A stretch of DNA of 13,231 bases from Tubiluchus corallicola (lineage: Eukaryota; Animalia; Priapulida), in contig JAQGDQ010002517.1 of NCBI GenBank assembly GCA_030141605.1, forward strand, positions 1-13,231, given 5' to 3'. How positions within the stretch are numbered: the stretch's first letter is position 1; the number at the start of each line of letters is the position of its first letter. A program made the translations under genes and the position numbers. A model generated the notes under the pieces. It had not been told where the DNA came from. It saw nothing but the letters and a program-made list of their open reading frames with translations, and did not search any database. This document shows, piece by piece, positions 7,410-13,231 of this stretch.

Positions 7410-9615
7410 AAAGCAGTTCCCCTCTTGCTATCAACGCGATGCTATGGACTGTGGTGCTGCTTGTTTAAAGTCTATAACACGGTATTATGGCAAAAACTTC
7501 GATTTAGAAGAAATAAGGGAGAAATGCTACATTACAAACGAGGGTGTTTCGTTGATGGGAATAGCAGAGGCTGCCAAACATTATGGATTATCTACAAAGG
7601 GTTATAAACTAACTATCAAAGCCTTAAAAGAAAGATTCCAAAAACCATGTATTCTGCATTGGAATCAAAATCATTTTGTAGTTCTTTACAAAATAACTAA
7701 GAAAAAAAAAACTACAAAATTCCATATTGCAGACCCTGGGACAGGCAAAATAGTCTTAAACGAGAAAATCTTTAAGAAAGCTTGGCTTGGAGCTAAGAAC
7801 TACAATGAGAAAGAAAAAAAAATGGGGGCTACATTGTTCTTAGAGCCTACAAAATTATTCTACCAACAAAAAAGCCAAAAACCTAAACTACACTTTAACT
7901 TCCATAAAATATGGGCATACACTAAGCCCTATAAAAAAGCATTAAGGCAACTTTTATACTGTGTACTGTTTGTCAATCTTATTCAGTTTGCCTTTCCCTT
8001 TCTTACACAAATCATTGTTGATATTGGCATCAACCAGCAAAGTGTCAATATCATACTAATGATACTAATAGCCCAAGTGGTATTGTATATAAGTACCAAT
8101 CTTTCTGATTTTGTAAGAAGATGGTTGCTACTACAAGTCAACAGTAGGATAAATATATTCATGATTTCAGATTTTTTACTTAAGCTTACCCAACTGCCTA
8201 TACGTTTTTTTGATAATAAACTATTAGGGGATATCCTGCAAAGAATAAATGACCATTCTAAGATAGAACACTTCTTAACCTCTACTGTAACCAATATTTT
8301 CTTTTCATTTACTACCTTGATTATATTTGGTATAGTTCTCTCTATTTATAGTTTTCAACTCTTTTTATTGTTTTTAGCAGGTAGTGTGCTTTACATATTT
8401 TGGATTTATATATTCTTAGAAAAGCGCAAAGAAATTGATTATGCCCGTTTCATTCAGCAGTCAGCAAATAGTAGTAATTTGGTAGAGTTCATCAGGGGGA
8501 TGAAGGATGTGAAGCTCTACAACTGCCATAATGAAAAACGCTGGGAGTGGGAAAAAATACAAGTAAAGCTTTTCAAACTTAACTTAAGTAGTCTATCTAT
8601 TGAGCAATATCAAAGCATAGGTAGTCTGCTTATCAATCAAATAAAAAATGTACTGATTACTTTCCTAAGTGCTAAAATGGTCATAGAAGGTGAGTTATCC
8701 TTGGGAATGATGCTATCCGTTCAGTTTATTGTAGGGCAACTAGAAGGGCCTATTAATCAAACCATCGAATTTATGCACTCTTGGCAAGATGCTAAAATTT
8801 CATTCGAAAGGCTGGGCGAAGTGCATAAAAAAGAAAACGAAGAAAAAGGAACGGAAATAGCCATCTCTAACACTACACAATACAGTATTGCTCTAAAAAA
8901 TGTCTCTTTCCAATATGATGGGCCCTATTCCCCTAAGGTATTACAGAACATAAACTTGGAAATCCCTTTTGGCAAGACGACTGCCATTGTTGGTACCAGT
9001 GGAAGTGGTAAAACTACATTGATAAAAATGCTTTTGGGCTTTTACGAGCCTATTGAGGGTGAAATAACGATAGGTAATAATCTGTTGAAAAAGATTAATC
9101 TAACTACGTGGAGAAATCGCTGTGGGGTAATTCTGCAAGATAGTTTTATCTTCTCAGATACCATAGCTAACAACATAACCCTATCGGAAGAGAATATTGA
9201 CTATAAGAAGCTGGAATATGCTACCCAAATGGCAAACATACTTGACTTAGTGGAATCTCTACCTTTAAGATTTAATACTAAAATAGGGGCAGACGGACAT
9301 GGCCTAAGCCAAGGACAGCAACAAAGGCTTTTGATAGCAAGGGCTATTTACAAAGATCCTGACTACATATTCTTTGACGAAGCTACCAATTCATTGGATG
9401 CAAGCAATGAAAACGAAATAATGGACAATATAGAGGTTTTCAGTAAGGATAAAACAGCTATTATTATTGCTCATAGGTTTAGCACTATAAAAAATGCAGA
9501 CCAAATTATAGTATTGCAAGAAGGAAAAATCCTTGAAAAAGGAAAACATAAGGAACTGATGAAGGATGGCAAAGTATACTACAACTTAATGAAAAACCAA
9601 TTGAACTTAAATTAA
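7402..9615 (+). CDS. Peptidase C39-containing ABC transporter (PCAT, SunT/LagD-like)
   Basis: QRDAMDCGAACL (catalytic Cys), HWNQNHFVV, ADP, a transmembrane domain, Walker A GTSGSGKTT, signature LSQGQQQR, Walker B IFFDEAT and AHR. Confidence 0.96.
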   Translation: MFRKQFPSCYQRDAMDCGAACLKSITRYYGKNFDLEEIREKCYITNEGVSLMGIAEAAKHYGLSTKGYKLTIKALKERFQKPCILHWNQNHFVVLYKITKKKKTTKFHIADPGTGKIVLNEKIFKKAWLGAKNYNEKEKKMGATLFLEPTKLFYQQKSQKPKLHFNFHKIWAYTKPYKKALRQLLYCVLFVNLIQFAFPFLTQIIVDIGINQQSVNIILMILIAQVVLYISTNLSDFVRRWLLLQVNSRINIFMISDFLLKLTQLPIRFFDNKLLGDILQRINDHSKIEHFLTSTVTNIFFSFTTLIIFGIVLSIYSFQLFLLFLAGSVLYIFWIYIFLEKRKEIDYARFIQQSANSSNLVEFIRGMKDVKLYNCHNEKRWEWEKIQVKLFKLNLSSLSIEQYQSIGSLLINQIKNVLITFLSAKMVIEGELSLGMMLSVQFIVGQLEGPINQTIEFMHSWQDAKISFERLGEVHKKENEEKGTEIAISNTTQYSIALKNVSFQYDGPYSPKVLQNINLEIPFGKTTAIVGTSGSGKTTLIKMLLGFYEPIEGEITIGNNLLKKINLTTWRNRCGVILQDSFIFSDTIANNITLSEENIDYKKLEYATQMANILDLVESLPLRFNTKIGADGHGLSQGQQQRLLIARAIYKDPDYIFFDEATNSLDASNENEIMDNIEVFSKDKTAIIIAHRFSTIKNADQIIVLQEGKILEKGKHKELMKDGKVYYNLMKNQLNLN

Positions 9616-9623
9616 TACTTCTG

Positions 9624-10097
9624 ATGAACACTCCTCATATAAATAGCAAAGAATTTACAGATATAATGAAGTTTCAACCCAGTAACTTATCAAAAATAGT
9701 AGTTGGTGGTTCACTTTTCATTATTGTGTTGCTTGTTATTTTTGCTTTGTTTATTGAAGTACCAGAGGAAAAGCTTAATTTTCAGGTAAAAGCAAATGAA
9801 ATTTCTTTGTTGACAGAAGATACTGCTTCCCTGTTAGCTGAAGAGAGTTATCAAAAGATATTAACGACAGAGCAAAAAATCTCTATTCTTTCCCTTAATC
9901 AACACATAAAAGGAGTAATTTATAGGGTAGTGAAAAAACCTACTAATCCTCGCGGTAAAATATCAGTCATAATGACAATAGAGAAAAATACTCTTGACCT
10001 AAAAGAACTCACACCACAAGACACCCTAAAAGTAGAGATAGTAGTAAAGAAAATTCCAGTCTTAGAAAAACTTATTCCTTTTATTAAGAGAAAATAG
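9624..10097 (+). CDS. Short HlyD/membrane-fusion-like accessory protein with a single N-terminal TM helix
   Basis: 157 aa with one hydrophobic segment (IVVGGSLFIIVLLVIFALFI). Starts 8 nt after the PCAT stop. The C-terminus VEIVVKKIPVLEKLI resembles HlyD-family ends. The product call rests on context. Confidence 0.55.
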   Translation: MNTPHINSKEFTDIMKFQPSNLSKIVVGGSLFIIVLLVIFALFIEVPEEKLNFQVKANEISLLTEDTASLLAEESYQKILTTEQKISILSLNQHIKGVIYRVVKKPTNPRGKISVIMTIEKNTLDLKELTPQDTLKVEIVVKKIPVLEKLIPFIKRK

Positions 10098-10126
10098 GGT
10101 AAAAACTTCAATGATTGATTGATGAC

Positions 10127-10351
10127 TGACCTCCTCCCAAAAAACTGGACAGATATAAATCAGAGATAGTCGGTAAATAGTTTTAAGTTTAAAATAATAC
10201 GTTATTTACAATGAAAAAATCAAAACTTGCAGAATCACAAGTTGTATTTGCATTAAGACAAGCAGAGACTGGCACACAAGTTTCAGAAGTATATCGAAAA
10301 CTAGGCATAAGTGAAGCTACTTTTTACACAAGGAGAGGGGATCAGAGGTCA
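10127..10351 (+). mobile_element. IS3-family remnant (left end plus truncated orfA)
   Basis: TGACCTCCTCCCAAAAAACTGGACAG at 10127 resembles an IS3 left inverted repeat. A possible partial right end (GGAGAGGGGATCA / GAGGTCA) lies at 10332-10351. No orfB/DDE domain is present. Confidence 0.7.
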
Positions 10352-10447
10352 AATCTTACTCTGCCTCACAACATCACTAAGCGTTCCCGTAATAACTTCA
10401 AGAAAGCTATCAATTCGGAGGAAAATATCTTAACAAAAATCAATTAA
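10211..10447 (+). pseudogene. Truncated IS3-family transposase OrfA (HTH) running into unrelated sequence
   Basis: MKKSKLAESQVVFALRQAETGTQVSEVYRKLGISEATFY is a typical OrfA N-terminus. Similarity stops at about 10327, where NWKKKY-like sequence would be expected. Confidence 0.85.
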
Positions 10448-10729
10448 TTGTGTAAATTATTGTACCTTTAGTGGTGAAATTTTTCAGTAACAAACACCTA
10501 GCTGCTTAACACACTGACCGACATAAGATGGTTAGTGAAAATAAAAACACTGTAAATTACAACAGAAATAAAAGCTGAACAACTGAAGCAAGACAGCCAG
10601 TAAATTTCGACTACTCAATTATTATAGCCTACTACAAAAAAGTAGTGATAAGGTTTGTGGTAAATTGCACTTATGCTGTGTTTTGTAATATTACATTCTT
10701 AATTTTTTAACCAAGTTAATTACAAATTA

Positions 10730-13125
10730 ATGAATTATTTTTAGTATGCTTGCTACTCTTTCTACATATAGTAACTCTTCAAGGACAAAACTTTAAGGTA
10801 GAAGGCACAATATTAGATAATGAGAGCAATGTTTTGCCCTATGCCAATCTGCAAATACTAACCCTTGATAGTGTTTTTTTCAAAGGAGGGATTTCGGGGG
10901 ACAACGGAGAGTTTATTTTTGAGGATATTCCAGCAGGTGAGTATTTGTTTTATGCCTATTATTTGGGGTATGAACAATATGTAAGTAATATTACTATAAA
11001 ATCAGATGCCCAGTTAGATAATATTAGGTTACAACAACAATCTACAGCCATAGAAGAGATAGTAGTAAAGGCATTAAGACCTACAGTAAAGCGTGAGATA
11101 GATAGGTATGTAGTTTCTTTAAGTGGTACTTATGTAGGTGGTAGGACGACTTTAGATTTACTGCAATTTGCACCTGGCGTAACAGTAGATTTAGATGGTA
11201 ACATATTACTCAACAGACAGGATGTTACAGTATTTGTGAATGATAGGCAACTGCGATTGAGTGGTAAACAATTACAAAGTTACTTGCTAAGTCTCAATAG
11301 TGAAGATATAGAAAGCATAGAGGTACTACCTAGCCCCAAGGCAGATATGGATGCAGAAGGCTCAGGAGGTATTATAGTAATCAACTTAAAGAAAGGAGCT
11401 AAAAGAGGCACTAATGGTTATGTGAATGCAGGATACAGCAAGGGTATAGCTCCTGCTGCTGATGGTAATATGGGCTTGAACTACAACAAGAACAATCTCA
11501 CCCTATATGCAAATTATGCTTATCATTACACTGAGCCTTATGAATACTATGAGATGCTCTATACACAGGAAAATAGTGAAACTACTTTTTTTGATTATAT
11601 CAAAAACTATCTTTATAATAATTCTCATACTGTAAGAGGCGGTTTGGATTATATTATTGGGAATAGACACAACATAGGGTTAGAAGTAGATGGCAATACC
11701 TCAAGGAGTGATGCCAAAAAGGCTTATACCAACACAGAAATTTATACGGGTGAGGTTTTAGATACCCTTATTCTAGGAGATTTCCCCAAAGTAAACGCTT
11801 CAAACAATTTAGGGGTTAATTTCAATTACATATGGGATATAGATGACAAGGGTAGGAAGTTTAAATTGATTACAGATTATTATACCTACTCTCAAGAAAT
11901 AGAAGATGACTACAATAGTGACTATTACAGTGGTGACAATCTATATGATATAGTGTATTCTATTAATAGGCAAAGTACTAATAGTAATGAATTAGATATT
12001 TATACAGTTCGTGTAGACTACATTCATCCCTTCAACAATAACACAAAATTGGAAACAGGTTTGAAGTTTAGCGATGTAGTCTCTATTACAAACAATAGGT
12101 TCTTTTTCTTGGAGGGCGATGAGTGGGTAGTTGATACTGGAAGAACAGATAAGTTTAGCTATACTGAAAATATTTATGCAGGCTATGCAACTTTCGAGTC
12201 TAAATGGAAGAAGTTGGAGTATTCATTTGGGCTTCGTGTAGAGCATACCCAGTTTGACACCTATTCTCATACCTTAGATTCTACTACCAGTAATACCTAC
12301 ACAGAGTTATTTCCTACGGTATTTTTCTCACATCCCATTTTTGAAGAAGACAAGATTATCATTAACTACAACAGAAGAATACGGAGACCATCTTACGAGT
12401 GGATGAATCCCTTTGAATATTTTTATGGTGAATACACTATAGGAAAGGGGAATCCTAATATTATTCCCTCTTATTCTCAAAATATAGAACTAAACTATGC
12501 ACTCAAAGGCAAACATTATTTTACCTTCAAATATACACATAGAGATGATATAATAGGAGAATTTTACTATAGAGACCCTGAAACAGATATTGCTACAAGG
12601 ACTTTTAACAATTTAGCCAAATCACAATTTTTAACTTTCGATATTTTTACTCCCTTTAAAATTTATAAATGGTGGACGACAGACAATTATGTGGCGTTTA
12701 GTTACAATCTTTTTGAAGAAGAAAAAATAGATTATGCAGTCCAATTCCCCGTTGTCTTTATTTCTTCCAATCATTATTTTCTCTTACCCAAAGATTTTAG
12801 ATTTGAAATGAATATAGCTTTTAGGTCAAAAGATGTAACATATATATATACGACTATGGAGACTTCTATGTTTTTTTTAAACCTCTCTATTCAAAAGAGC
12901 TTTTGGAAGAACAAAGCCAATCTAAGAATATTTGCAAATGACATTTTATACAGAGGTGGTAGATGGGAACATTCTGAAGATTATCTGGGACAGTATAATT
13001 ATATTTATGCTGAAAGAGACACCCGTAGGGTAGGTATATCATTTAAGTACAATTTTGATTGGGGAAAAAGTTTTTCTGTGAAAGATAATGAAAAAAGCAA
13101 TCAGGATGAGTTGCAAAGACAATAG
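10730..13125 (+). CDS. Outer-membrane beta-barrel / TonB-dependent receptor-like protein, copy 2; probable true ATG at 10730 is out of frame by one base (ORF open 10750-13125)
   Basis: The mature region differs from copy 1 at about 19 of 779 residues (counted by eye). One extra T in the run at 10738-10742 would give MNYFLVCLLLFLHIVTLQG-Q and a 798-aa product, the same length as copy 1. Confidence 0.85.
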
Positions 13126-13231
13126 CTAGAAAAAGACCTAATATTATAGCTAGAATGTAGTGTTATAAAAAACAGCAAGAGCTGAAAAGCTTGGATAGAG
13201 TAAACAATGAACTTTTTAATCTTATTATGAG

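Noticed and set aside
6315-10111. Short ORFs 6315-6524 (-), 7425-7607 (+), 7983-8294 (-) and 9920-10111 (-) as extra precursors
   Set aside because: They overlap well-supported genes in other frames and lack a GG-leader/core layout.
10323-10371. Faint resemblance to a tRNA 3' half (possible att-site remnant)
   Set aside because: No canonical GGTTCRA T-loop, poor stem pairing and no 5' half. tRNAscan/ARAGORN would be needed to revive the idea.
10512-10537. 8-bp hairpin CACTGACC/GGTTAGTG and the overlapping 16-codon ORF from 10528
   Set aside because: The stem is modest with no U-tail, the ORF has no precursor features, and both could arise by chance.
10455-10675. Possible Bacteroidota -7 promoter boxes (TACCTTTA, TAAATTGC) upstream of barrel copy 2
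   Set aside because: Only imperfect matches to TAnnTTTG in very AT-rich DNA, so not supportable.

Overview
AT-rich window with Bacteroidota-like features (no Shine-Dalgarno motifs, signal peptides followed by Gln). All genes I can support lie on the + strand and look like one peptide natural-product (RiPP) locus. In order: at least four tandem GT32/DXD glycosyltransferase paralogues, an outer-membrane beta-barrel/TonB-receptor-like gene, a triplicated ~86-88 bp leader element, a 56-aa double-glycine precursor peptide missed by the ORF track (5607-5777; core GASTRWCISRQCNTYACYTKS, Cys every fifth residue), a strong hairpin, a radical SAM/SPASM maturase, a C39-peptidase ABC exporter and a short HlyD-like protein. 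An IS3-family remnant follows, then a near-identical second beta-barrel gene with a different signal peptide that appears frameshifted. A degenerate copy of the leader element and an ATG sit at the window edge. The best candidate for a new system is a radical-SAM-crosslinked and possibly glycosylated RiPP pathway. Chemistry and novelty are inferred, not demonstrated.
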